A stretch of DNA of 42,730 nt from Nemertoderma westbladi (lineage: Eukaryota > Animalia > Xenacoelomorpha): NCBI GenBank assembly GCA_032718475.1, contig JAUCBJ010005850.1:1-42730 (forward strand). The letters run 5' to 3'. Of the stretch, positions 12,830-23,937 are shown in pieces (position 1 is the first letter of the stretch; every line of letters starts with the position of its first letter). A model generated the notes under the pieces. It had not been told where the DNA came from. It did not search any database and saw nothing but the letters and a program-made list of their open reading frames with translations. The position numbers and the translations under genes were made by a program.

Positions 12830-13217
12830 CATACAGCCAGCTATAAAGTCCATCTATTACCTGATTGCTTATGGCTGCATGTTTTATTTTACCATTTAAT
12901 TTGCAGCCATAAGCCCACAGTGGGCGCAAATGGCCTTATCGCTGCAGGGTAAATTATTTCCATGTAGCCATAAGTCATTTAAACAAATAAAAGTTTCAGC
13001 TAAATATATAATATAACATAATTTATATAGCCAATTGTGCCAGATATATGGTTCCTCCAATTCCCTATCGTGAAATATGAAGCCATAAGGCCGGTCATTT
13101 CTTATGGCTGCATGTGACCATAAGGCCATTTTTGTGACCATAAGGCCATTGTCTTATATATGATGCAGCCATAAGACTTTACCCAATCGGGTAAAACCGG
13201 CATTATGGCTGCATGTG
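12830..13217. repeat. Dense cluster of TGCAGCCATAAG motifs in both orientations ending in a nested hairpin
   Basis: About 10 motif copies; ATGCAGCCATAA..TTTACCC-AATC-GGGTAAA..TTATGGCTGCAT at ~13163-13214. Confidence 0.75.
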
Positions 13218-13270
13218 ATATACATATATATATATATATATGTATATATATAATATAATATAATAATAAC
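13218..13270. repeat. (TA)n/(TAA)n microsatellite
   Basis: Seen directly. Confidence 0.9.
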
Positions 13271-14049
13271 AAATTCTATTATTCTCTAAAACTCCGTTTG
13301 TATATAGAATATATAACGCACAGAGGCAGCAAAACAAATAATGTTCTCTGATAATTACTGAGAATAAGCGGCACCCCTACTATAATTATCAGATATACCG
13401 GTAAGTATACAACAACAACGACAACTATTGTATATGCATTATTATATAGCACAACTAAAAATAAAATACGTTACCCCAACCTAGAATATCTCCACTCTCC
13501 AGACTACCTTTTGTTGATATATCAGGAAAATTTGCACATTAGTATTCCAGAAACCATGACGCTGTTAAACCCATATTTAATGATAGTCAACGTAGAATTT
13601 CGGGAGGTAAGAGTTGAGAAATCAGAAAGACGCAGCCAGCTCAAACTTACTCAAACTAAAAAGTGGCTCTAGTCAAGTTTTGAAACATTTTCGGTTTTCA
13701 AATTAAATCAATACAGTACTCACTTCCTCGGGATTCAGATAATACAAGAAGTTTATAGTATAATAATTATTTCTATAACAATAATTTCAATATATTTCAA
13801 TATATTCAAATATGGCAGCACCAAAATTACAAGTGGTGAACAATTTTCCTAAAATTTGAAATTTATAATTCTCGGTTAATTGTTTTTCAATAAAAGTTTT
13901 CTGGGGCGCAAATTCAATTGGAAAATATTTAAATTAGATCTAATTACTATAAATGGCTGTTTTAGTCATTTACGTAGGCAAAAAATTAAAAAAACATGTA
14001 ACCAGCCCTTTTCAGTTTGAACACAACATTTTTAATTCACTTATACGAT

Positions 14050-15135
14050 GCTATAAATTCACATTTATAGGTTTTCTGGGGCGCTGATTCTAATGGAATA
14101 CTTTTCTAATCTAAACCCACCACCAAAGAGTACAAGTTTGAGATGTCCAGTGCTGTTTTTATTGATTTCATCGGATTCAGGACCCTCATAAACCCGTATA
14201 ACGCAAGAAACAGGATGATACTATCTTTTGATCAATTTGCTTTTCTTCAAAAATTTGGTGCTGGCACAACAATTTTCGTTCACCGGCGAAAAATACAAGT
14301 TTGAAAACTCTTATGCAATTATTACTTATTCCAACAATTTTACTATATTCAGAACCCACACAAACCCGTAAAACGCAAGAAACAGGGTGACACCATCAAT
14401 TGATATATTTGATGGTTTTCAAAAATTGGTTCTAGCACCAAATTTTGAACCCTCTTCCGAAAAATACAAGTTTGAGATGTGTAGTTAGATAATTATTTAT
14501 TCCATTGAATTCAGAACCGCCATAAACCTCTAAAACGCGAGACATAAGTTGACACAAGCAATTGAACTGTTGAATAAATTTTCAAAATTTCGTGCTGGCA
14601 CCAAATTTTGCACACATTACCGAAAACTACAAGTTTGATACGCCTGGTGCTTCACGTATATATTCCATCGAAATCAGAACCCCAAAATACCCCTATTGCG
14701 CAAAAAAATATGTTCAAACAATCAATTTACTAAATTGACATATTTAAAAATTTGGTACTGGCACCAAAATTTGGCAACCGCCAAAAAAAAAACAAGTTTG
14801 AAATTTCTAAATTAATTTATATGAATTCCATCCAATTGCAAACACCAAAAAACCGGTGTAAGTCAAAAATAGAGATGTTACAAATCATATTATGATCAAA
14901 TTACATAATTATATAATCAAATTATATATGTAATACAATTTTCAAAAAACGTCTCAAAAAAGTCTTCCCAATACATTTGAAAACGGTTTTCACTTTTAGG
15001 AAGACAATAGATTTTTAGGAAAAGTCATAAAATTTAAGATTCCCAGATCAGCATTCAGATCTGCATTTGTTTCAGAGTTATAACAAAAAACGACGGGGGG
15101 TCATATTGACCACACCCCCTGGTTTAATAGGTTAA
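14050..15135 (+). repeat. Degenerate ~165-bp tandem repeat ending in a possible piggyBac-type terminus (...AATAGG|TTAA)
   Basis: ACAAGTTTGA anchors at ~14132, 14295, 14466, 14629, 14792; palindromic GGGGGTCATATTGACC at ~15096; no matching left end found. Confidence 0.5.
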
Positions 15136-15821
15136 CCAATATTAAAGTTAATAGGTTATATATAATAGGTTAATATACTATAGTTAATAGGTTATAGTTA
15201 ATATGGTTAATAGTTTAACCAATACTATTCATACCGCTGCTGTCGGTGGAGCCAATATTCAGTCGAAGTATAAACTCACTACTGGGAATAATGCCATTAA
15301 ACAGTTTCCTATGGAAAATCTAATAACAGTTTAATATCTTTGGTGCAATATAATATTCTCTGCCAACCGTTGCGTTGGGCACTTCAGCAAAAGCCACAAA
15401 CCCAATCAGACAGACGGCAGATTAGCAGAGGAGACAATTCTGCCATCAAAAATAACAAAGGGACACCTTGAATCCTTGAACTCTCAACAATGGAAGTTAT
15501 CCAAATAACACAGGGCCTACAGAAAGTAGATTCTTTAGAAATTTCTGTAAAATCCACACCTGACACGAGATGAATATTAACTCGAGTAATTCACCCATCT
15601 CAACCCCAGCCAAACAAAAGGTTTTACCGCTCCAAAAAGATATAAAAGGTGTCTAGAGGTATAATAGTTTCAGTTCGCTTATTTCCGCCCTTGCGACTGC
15701 CCGTAATGTTTCCACAAATATTTTAGGCAGTAACAAAGTCGTAGTGAGTTCTAAGAATACCAAAATATCCAATTAAATTGAGAAAGGCAGTATTTTACTG
15801 TCTTCCCTTGAATACCACCAG

Positions 15822-16924
15822 TACATAACTCAGTGATAATACATAACTCAGTGATAAAACATAACTCAGTGATAATACATAACTCAGTGATAAAACATAA
15901 CTCAGTGATAATACATAACTCAGTGATAATACATAACTCAGTCATAATACATAACTCAGTGATAATGTATAACTCAGTGATAAAACATAACTGGGTGATA
16001 ATACATAACTCAGTGATAATACATAACTCAGTGATAATACATAACTCAGTGATAATACATAACTCAGTGATAATACATAACTCAGTGATAATCATAACTC
16101 AGTGATAATACATAACTCAGTGATAATACATAACTCAGTGATAATCATAACTCAGTGATAATACATAACTCAGTGATAATACATAACTCAGTGATAATCA
16201 TAACTCAGTGATAATACATAACTCAGTGATAATCATAACTCAGTGATAATACATAACTCATTGATAATACATAACTCAGTGATTATACATAACTCAGTGA
16301 TAATACATAACTCAGTGATAATACATAACTCAGTGATAATGAAAACTCAGTGATTATACATAACTCAGTGCTAACACATAACTCAGTGATAATACATAAC
16401 TCAGTGATAATACATAACTCAGTGATTATACATAACTCAGTGATAATACATAACTCAGTGATAATACATAACTCAGTGATAATGAAAACTCAGTGATGAT
16501 ACATAACTCAGTGCTAATACATAACTCAGTGATAATACATAACTCAGTGATAATACATAACTCAGTGATAATACATAACTCATTGATAATACATAACTCA
16601 GTCATAATACATAACTCAGTGATAATGCATAACTCAGTGATTATACATAACTCAGTGATAATACATAACTCAGAGATAATACATAACTCATTGATAATAC
16701 ATAACTCATTGATAATACATAACTCATTGATAATACATAACTCATTGATAATACATAACTCATTGATAATACACAACTCAGTCATAATACATAACTCAGT
16801 GATAATACATAACTCAGTGATAATACATAACTCAGTGATAATACATAACTCAGTGATAATATATAACTCAGCAGTGATAATTCATATCTCAGTGATGATA
16901 ATACATAACTCAGTGATAATACAT
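15822..16924 (+). repeat. 18-bp minisatellite (GATAATACATAACTCAGT)n, about 60 copies
   Basis: Highly homogeneous, with occasional 17-bp variant units. Confidence 0.98.
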
Positions 16925-17389
16925 CAACAACAGACATAGGGGAGCAATCCATTGAATTAAGACACTATAGGCCATAGGCCTATTACAGGGGATGGCGTAA
17001 GTAGTAGGCCTACTGACGGGGTGGAACCAAGGCCAGCGTAATACATGGAGATATCGTATTACAATGGCCTTGGCGGAACTAGAGGTATCTACCAATAATA
17101 TATGAAATTAGTTATTTACGTACGTTGTTTAAAAATTATATTAAATATAAAAAATATAAAATATTAAATTATTAAATTATTATACTTCAGACTATTGAAA
17201 CGAATCATAAAAAAATGTTCTAGAAATCTTTTATTATAAAATCCTAATAAAATAAAATAAAATAAATTATTTTAAAAACGTGTGCCAATAAATTTAGTAG
17301 GTAGAATACAGCTTTCATGGTCGTATATTTAGTAGGTCATGGTGAGACTACCGCTTTTCAAGCTAATGGGGTCCAGTCGAAGTCAAGCT

Positions 17390-17560
17390 GGAGAAAAATC
17401 CCATTTATTGCTGTTGACACATGGTAAAGTTGAGGATAGATGGAGACTGGCATTAAAGTCACCTAGGAAAGATAAGAATGAGTGGTGATCCTCTCCACCA
17501 GTAGCTGCTTGTAGACAATGGTAGAATTTTTCCACCTCCTCTACTGACAAACCAGTAGAT
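17390..17560 (-). mobile_element. Fragment of a LINE apurinic-type endonuclease (RTE-like)
   Basis: Minus strand reads SVEEVEKFYHCLQAATGGEDHHSFLSFLGDFNASL, then after a frameshift YHVSTAINGIFL; GDFNA is the APE motif. Confidence 0.75.
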
Positions 17561-17590
17561 CGAAATATAATATAATATTTATTTGCTTAC

Positions 17591-17713
17591 CATTGCAGGA
17601 AACACCATTGCCAGAATAGCCTAAATTACATGCACATGTAAAACTACCATCATTGTTCGAGCAGCTAGCATTAATGTGGCAATTATCAGTATTGGTAGAA
17701 CATTCATCAATAT
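17591..17713 (-). CDS. Calcium-binding EGF exon of a fibrillin/uromodulin-like multi-EGF gene
   Basis: 123 bp, TTTCAG acceptor and GTAAGC donor, phase 1-1; DIDECSTNTDNCHINASCSNNDGSFTCACNLGYSGNGVSCN. Confidence 0.92.
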
Positions 17714-17871
17714 CTGAAAAATAAATATAGGGGTTTATTAAATAATAAAAACACAAATTAAAATTGCAAAAACATCAAATGATATTAGCAATTAGCATAG
17801 ATAATTGGCTTAAGTTAACATGATAAATCGGCTTTATATTGTTTTGGTAATATAAGATGATATTTGCTTAC

Positions 17872-17994
17872 CATTGCATGAAACACCATTGCCAGAATAG
17901 CCAGAATTGCATGCACATGTAAAACTACCATCACTGTTTGTGCAGCTAGCATCAATATGGCAATTATCGCTATTGTTAGAACATTCATCAATGT
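17872..17994 (-). CDS. Calcium-binding EGF exon
   Basis: 123 bp, canonical splice sites; DIDECSNNSDNCHIDASCTNSDGSFTCACNSGYSGNGVSCN. Confidence 0.92.
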
Positions 17995-18152
17995 CTGAAA
18001 AATAAATATAGGGGTTTATTAAATAATATAAACACAAATTAAAATTGCAAAAACATCAAATGATATTAGCAATTAGCATAGATAATTAGCTTAAGTTAAC
18101 ATGATAAATCGACTTTATATTGTTTTGGTAATATAAGATGATATTTGCTTAC

Positions 18153-18275
18153 CATTGCATGAAACACCATTGCCAGAATAACCTGAATTGCATGCACATG
18201 TAAAACTACCATCATTGTTTGTGCAGCTAGCATCAATATGGCAATTATCAGAATTGGTAGAACATTCATCAATAT
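18153..18275 (-). CDS. Calcium-binding EGF exon
   Basis: 123 bp, CTTCAG acceptor and GTAAGC donor, six cysteines. Confidence 0.92.
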
Positions 18276-18425
18276 CTGAAGCACATAATAGAGGAATTAA
18301 TTAAATTATTACAAATCCAATTTGCAAAAAATAGCAAAGCCATATGGCATAGATAATATAGGCTTAAGTTAACAAGATAAATCGACTTTATATTGTTTTG
18401 GTAATATAAGATGATATTTGCTTAC

Positions 18426-18541
18426 CATTGCATGAAAGACCATTGCCAGAATAGCCAGAATTGCATGCACATGTAAAACTACCATTATTGTTTGTGCAGC
18501 TAGCATCAATAAGGCAATTATCAGAGTTGGTAGAACATTCA
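18426..18541 (-). pseudogene. 3' part (116 bp) of the EGF exon split by the BEL/Pao insertion
   Basis: Joined to 30108-30114 it restores a 123-bp exon; ATTCA duplicated at 18537-18541 and 30103-30107. Confidence 0.93.
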
Positions 18542-18672
18542 TGTGACGGGACTGGTGGACTGGTGGTTATGAGGTGAGATTATTATTGGTAATGTCACAT
18601 CGCCAACTATATTGGTAAAATGCCACTGGTCCCATTTTCGGTGGGTAATGTAGGGAATTGAATCCGCTTACA
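18542..18672 (-). repeat. 3' LTR, internally deleted (131 bp)
   Basis: First 15 bp match 29449-29463; the last ~108 bp match 29995-30102. Confidence 0.93.
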
Positions 18673-18681
18673 CTTCCCCCC
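18673..18681 (-). promoter_or_regulatory. Polypurine tract
   Basis: Minus strand G-run followed by AAG immediately before the LTR start TGTAAG. Confidence 0.85.
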
Positions 18682-19395
18682 ATGCTATCTTCCCGTTGAT
18701 GCTAGAAGATAGCATCAACTTTAAGTGCGCTTCAATTCCGCTGGAATCCAATCTAATATTGGATGTGGGGTGGAGTTTTCTTCTCGGGGTCGGCTTTCCA
18801 GACCGGCCCCCATGGGTCTGTTATCACTACCCATCCTTGGTACAATCACTCGCTATGTTGCACCAAGGTATCTGGTGTCTTTGTTTGAGATCATTGTCCT
18901 CACACTTCACACAATTTTCCTCAAATTTTCCTCATGGACCTTTGCCCCCTCCTCTCTCACCAGTCTCTTTGGGACTCATCCTCCTCCATGCTCACTCCCC
19001 ACACTTGAATTTCGCACTTCCTTCACTTCCTCACATCCCAACACCTCCTCCCCATACTTCCCCCATTCCCCTATACTCAACCGATATATTTTATTCTCAC
19101 TCTCCGTGCCCTCCTGTCATGCTCCCACATTCTCATTAGTGCGGTCACACTTGAGAAATGGGATCCGTCTAATGTCTCATCCTCCTGTCTTAGTCAATTG
19201 GTCCCCAATCCCAGTAGCAGGTTGGAAAAGGTTATATATGACTGACTATAGTACTTACAGTGATTATATTCGGTATTAATTAATTATTTTTACGTAAGTA
19301 CATACTAATTGCACTTGGTTAATTGCACTTAGGAGTTTGTACACTTTCCTACATATGGTGCCTTCCAGACACACCCACACCCCTGTTCCTGAGTT

Positions 19396-20540
19396 CTAGT
19401 TCGCTCCTCCCATCTTCGGGAACCACCTGAGTTCTTTGCCCCTATCATCATCTTGCCTGGGCCGTTTCCTTCCCTCCTGTTTATCCTCCTTGAGGCTCCT
19501 CATCCTTGCTGATACCGTCTTACTAAGCGCTGTCGTTGGTTCTTTGGGCGCAGGTGTTATCAACTCCCAGTATCGCTTTGCAGGTGGTCCCATTGAGTGT
19601 CCCTCCTGTTTCCCTCTGGTAGCGTCCCATGGGATCATTTTCATCGTCCACGGTACATGCTCTGCCAGAAAGTCCCTGAATTCGATTCTATTTTCTGGCG
19701 ACCATCTGTCTAGGTATCTCTGAGTGTTATTGACTCCTCCATACGATACCGCTGTCGCTACCTCCTAATACGTGAATGGTAATCCATTCACCTCACTCCT
19801 CTTGGTAATCTCCCGGTGGGCTTCCGCGTTGATACTAAAGAAGCCCCACCGGAACTCCTGGGCCTTCATCCTTTGTCGTGTCATGACTCTGACGTCAGCC
19901 CACTCCTCGAAGATCCGGAACTTATCCTCATTGTCCATCCAATCGCACTGGCGCTCAAACTGCCCTCGGAAGTAGCACTTTGAGCATCAGTTGTGCAACC
20001 TCGGACATGCACCCATCTTATGGGTTGACTCGCGGCAGTAGAGACAGGCTGTCCCCTTCTGGAAACGGTACAGACAGCTCTTTTGCTGGTGGGTTACTCT
20101 CCCACAGTAATCGCAGCCGTGTACCAATATGTCCCGCCCCAAGTTGTCCTCGGCTCCGCGTGGCCTCCTGGGTCTATGGAGCCGCTGGTAGGCAAACATC
20201 TGAATTCTGTGCTCCCTACCCATGTCGATGTCCTCCTCCACCCTCGGCATTGTTTCCCCAAACACTACCTGTGGTGCCGTTCCCGGTTGCTCGCCCAACC
20301 TGATCGTACTCACCGCAAAATCCATTGCTGGCTCCCTGTGCTCCCAGGCCCACTTACCGGGTTTGTCCCAGAAGGCCCTCGCCCCGCTGGCCGTCACCAC
20401 CCCCCCACCCGCCCAGTCCGTATACGAGTTGCCGATCCTCGCTATCGGCAGCATCGCCCCGAACTTGTACTCCTCCTCTTACCCTGCTGGGGCCGCAATT
20501 CTCTCTATCGGCGGCATCACCCTGAACTCATCCTCTTCAT
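19396..20540 (-). pseudogene. Accessory ORF with three CCHC-type zinc knuckles, downstream of pol
   Basis: ORFs 19987-20454 and 19396-19644 share a frame, broken by single stops; CDYCGRVTHQQKSC, CLYCRESTHKMGAC, CSKCYFRGQFERQC; basic RKRPR near the C-terminus. Confidence 0.75.
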
Positions 20541-22630
20541 CACTATGCCGGGTATGGTGTCCATCAAGTATGCTGTTGCCCTTACTCCTAACCTCGCAGC
20601 CGTTAGCTCGAGTTTCGGCACCGATGCTGAATCTGGTGACGTCGACTTTGCTTTACTAAACACAAGCCTGGGCTTATGAGCCCCCTTTCGCTGTACCAAA
20701 TAAAGTGCCGCTCCATATGCTTCCAAGGATGCGTCGGAAAACATATGTAGGTCCAGATCTGTCATGTCTCCGCCCGGGAAGTATACGCGTGGCATACTGT
20801 ACGTCCCCATTTCCTCTAGGCTCCCCGTCCACTTGTTCCACTTTCTACTTAATCCTCCGGGATCTCCGCATCCCAATCGTCCTTCAACTTATACACCTTC
20901 TTTAGTATTTGTTTCCCCGTGACTAACAAAGGGGATGCCAGGCCTAGGGGATTGTATATCCTTGCTATGTACAACACATAGCCTCCTTTGGTATGGATTT
21001 CGGCGCCCTCTTGACTTAGTTGATACTCCAACTCATCTGTCTCCCGGTTCCATACGATCCCTAGTGCCTTTTGCTGCGACTCCATCCTCTTATCCGCCAT
21101 AATCTGTCCCTTTGCCATTGTGGGGTTGTCCATCGTTGTCTCCAGTTGTTTATCTTCTATGGCCTCCATAAATTCCTTGGAATTGGACTTGAATTTTGTG
21201 CAGTTGTACCCGGATCCTTTTAGGATGTCGCGAACTTTGCGTCCTATCTCGAGTATTTCTTCAACCGTGTTTCAAGATCCCATCCCATCGTCCATATAGA
21301 ATTCGCGTCGAATCATGTCGATCGCCTTCCCACTGTATTCTCCTTCCTTACCCTCCACTGTGTCTCTCACAGCTGTAGTTGTTGTGAACGAGGACGATTT
21401 GGCCCCCATGTTCTGCACTACCATCTTGTACATCGGTATCTCCGACGGTTCCTCGTTTCCGTTGTACCACAGGAAGCGCTGACTATTGCTGTCTTCTTCC
21501 ATCACTCGGACCTGGTTGAATATGCCTTCGATATCGCACGTGAAGGCGTGCCTTCCATTTCTGAATCTCAACAGGACCTCTATCCCCGAGTTGTAAATGT
21601 TGGGGCCTTCCAGCAGGTAGTCATTCAAGCTCTTTCCGTTAGTCTTGGCCGACGCGTCGACCACCATCCGTAGTTTGCCCTTCTTAGGGTCCAAAGCCAC
21701 ATGCAGTGGCAAATAGTAGGTCCTGTCCGTGTTTGGTTCATTGACCAGTAACTCCACGGCCCATCCTCTGTCCACATATTTCTTGATCGTCTTGTGGATG
21801 TACTCATCCTTTTCGGGGCTCCGTTTGAGTGTTTCTTTCAACTTTCAAAGCCTCGTCAAGACCGTCCTTTTGTTATCTGGTAGCGGTAACTTCGGTTGTT
21901 TCCATACCATCCCTATGGTATACCGCCCCCCTTCACACTTCATCGAGTTCTTCACACTCTCCAGCGCCTGCTTGTCCTCTACCGAAGTCCCGACCTCGGT
22001 CTCCTACAACCCCTCAAAGTCCTGCTGCAGCAGCCTCTTGAGTTGCTCCTCTGCTCCTTCGTCCTCCCTTTCCTTCATTGTGCCAGCAAACATGCACCCT
22101 GAGAATTCCGACACACTAAACGGAATTCTAGTCTTAATTGGGCCGCTGAGTGTCCATCCGAATGGCGTGAGAATCGCCATCGGGTCTCGCTCCCTATCCT
22201 CTCCGAATATGGTCTATAGTCTTTCGTGGGCTGTCGGGCAATCCATACCGACTATGAGAGATACTTTTGGGACATCCAGTTCAGGAGAAATCAATATCAA
22301 CCAGGAACCAGTATTGCTCGACCTCAATCTTTGTGGGCCACCAGGCGTTTATATTAATCGATTCTATTATTTGAATGGGATCGATGGTCGCCCCATAATC
22401 GCACCTGGTGTTATCACTGATATTTTGCAACGCCCCGTTATAATCCTCAAGACCGAGATAGAGATAGTGGTTACCCGAGATACTCGAGATAGTGGTGGAT
22501 ACTCGAGATAGTGGTTACCGCCATTTTGCTTGGTTCGTCCTCAACCCTATATCTATCGGTCACCCAACTTTCCGCTAGTGTGAACGCTGCTCCGCTGTCG
22601 ACCAACATTAATGTCGTGACTGACCGCTCG
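20541..22630 (-). pseudogene. pol: BEL/Pao pol: protease, RT and RNase H; frameshifted, truncated before integrase
   Basis: LVDSGA at ~22600; YLPLH..KLRMVVDASAK..SLNDYLLEGPN; YMDDG; ALGIVWN; FSDASLEAYGAALY; PKLELTAARLG. Confidence 0.93.
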
Positions 22631-23937
22631 CCCTCATTTTACTGGTGTTTCCTTGCATGTGGCGAATCTGTGTCCTCCTACCGCGCATCGATGACATATT
22701 CCATTTGAACCAGTGTAGGCTACCCGATCTTGTTTAAGTTACGCCTGCCAATGCTTGCAGTTCATGGTCTTGTGGAATCCGTTTTTATGAAATTGGCATT
22801 TGTGGTTGGGATTGTAGCGTTCCTTGTATAGCGCTTCACGTATCGTGCGTAGATTCATATCTAGCGGTTTGGTGTGTTGGTTATTTGGACTCAGCCTACT
22901 GGGGGTATTAGGATTGTGTTTGTTTGTGTTGTTGTTTTGTTTCTGTCCCTGCCATGGTGTGGCCCTGTTACCAGCTGCTTGTGGACTACAAGTCCCCTGA
23001 GTTGCCGCGTACGGTAGTGATTGTCTTATTTTTGGTAGTGCATTCGCCGCACTCTGTTCGGGTTTAGGCCTGATGTATTCAGTTTTCGGCACCTTCCCCA
23101 AACTGTCCTCGCTGTAGACTGGATCTGTAATCAATTCCGCTTCATAGTTAAGGAAGTTCGACATCTCCTCCAGCCCTGGCTACGCACCTTTCTTCTCCCG
23201 GGTTTTAGAAAGCGATCTTTCTCCACTTGTTTCTCAGCCAGATCGGTAGTGCCTGCGCTATTGTAGTGATGTTGTTTGATGCATTGAGTTCATAAGGTGC
23301 ATCCAGAGTCTTTAATACTATCAAAGCCTTTTCAACTTTATCCGCGAAGGTTTTAATGCTGACAGGGTTATCCTGTAGTCCGCCTGATGTTATTCCCCTT
23401 AAGGTTTGTCAGATAATCTTCGCAGGATGCCCGTATTCCCTGTCCAGGGCTCGCCATGCAGTCGTGAATCCTCCTTCAATACCTTGGTATTGTCTCACTG
23501 GCCCCCCTGTGTAGACTCGTAAGTATTTAAGGCACTCCGCCTGTGTTAAGTTCTTCATTAAGATTTCATTGCTGTACATACGCCGGAATTGCAGATATTC
23601 CTCCGGCTTACTACCATCGAATTTGAAGGGCTCCACTGGTGGCAGCTCAATCCTAGTCTTCAACATGTCGATGAATGTTGCCATTCCCATCGCTTCTACT
23701 TCTAGCGCGCTTGATGGTAGATATACAGACTCCCTTGCTGTTGGGTGCGGTTCACCCTTTGGGCCCGTCGACTTTCCTTGCGTTGGATATATCATCGGGG
23801 GTAATGGTCCCCTCCATATCTCCATGTCGCACGACTTATTTGGGTCTGAGGGGTTTGGGATTTTTGTTCTTGGCAGCGTGTATTGCTGATACTGTAATAG
23901 GGGAATGTCACCCTGCCCCCCCCCCCCCCCCCACCAG

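Noticed and set aside
15751-16939. IITELC/IIHNSV repeat proteins (LRR-like)
   Set aside because: Artefact of an 18-bp unit lacking stops; 17-bp units break the frame.
18096-18284. MLQILMNVLPILIIAILMLAAQ signal-peptide-like ORF (also 30208-30396)
   Set aside because: Alternative frame of the EGF exon.
18696-19279. Env-like or antisense gene in the BEL 3' region
   Set aside because: Low-complexity C/T-rich sequence with no convincing signal peptide, fusion or transmembrane architecture.
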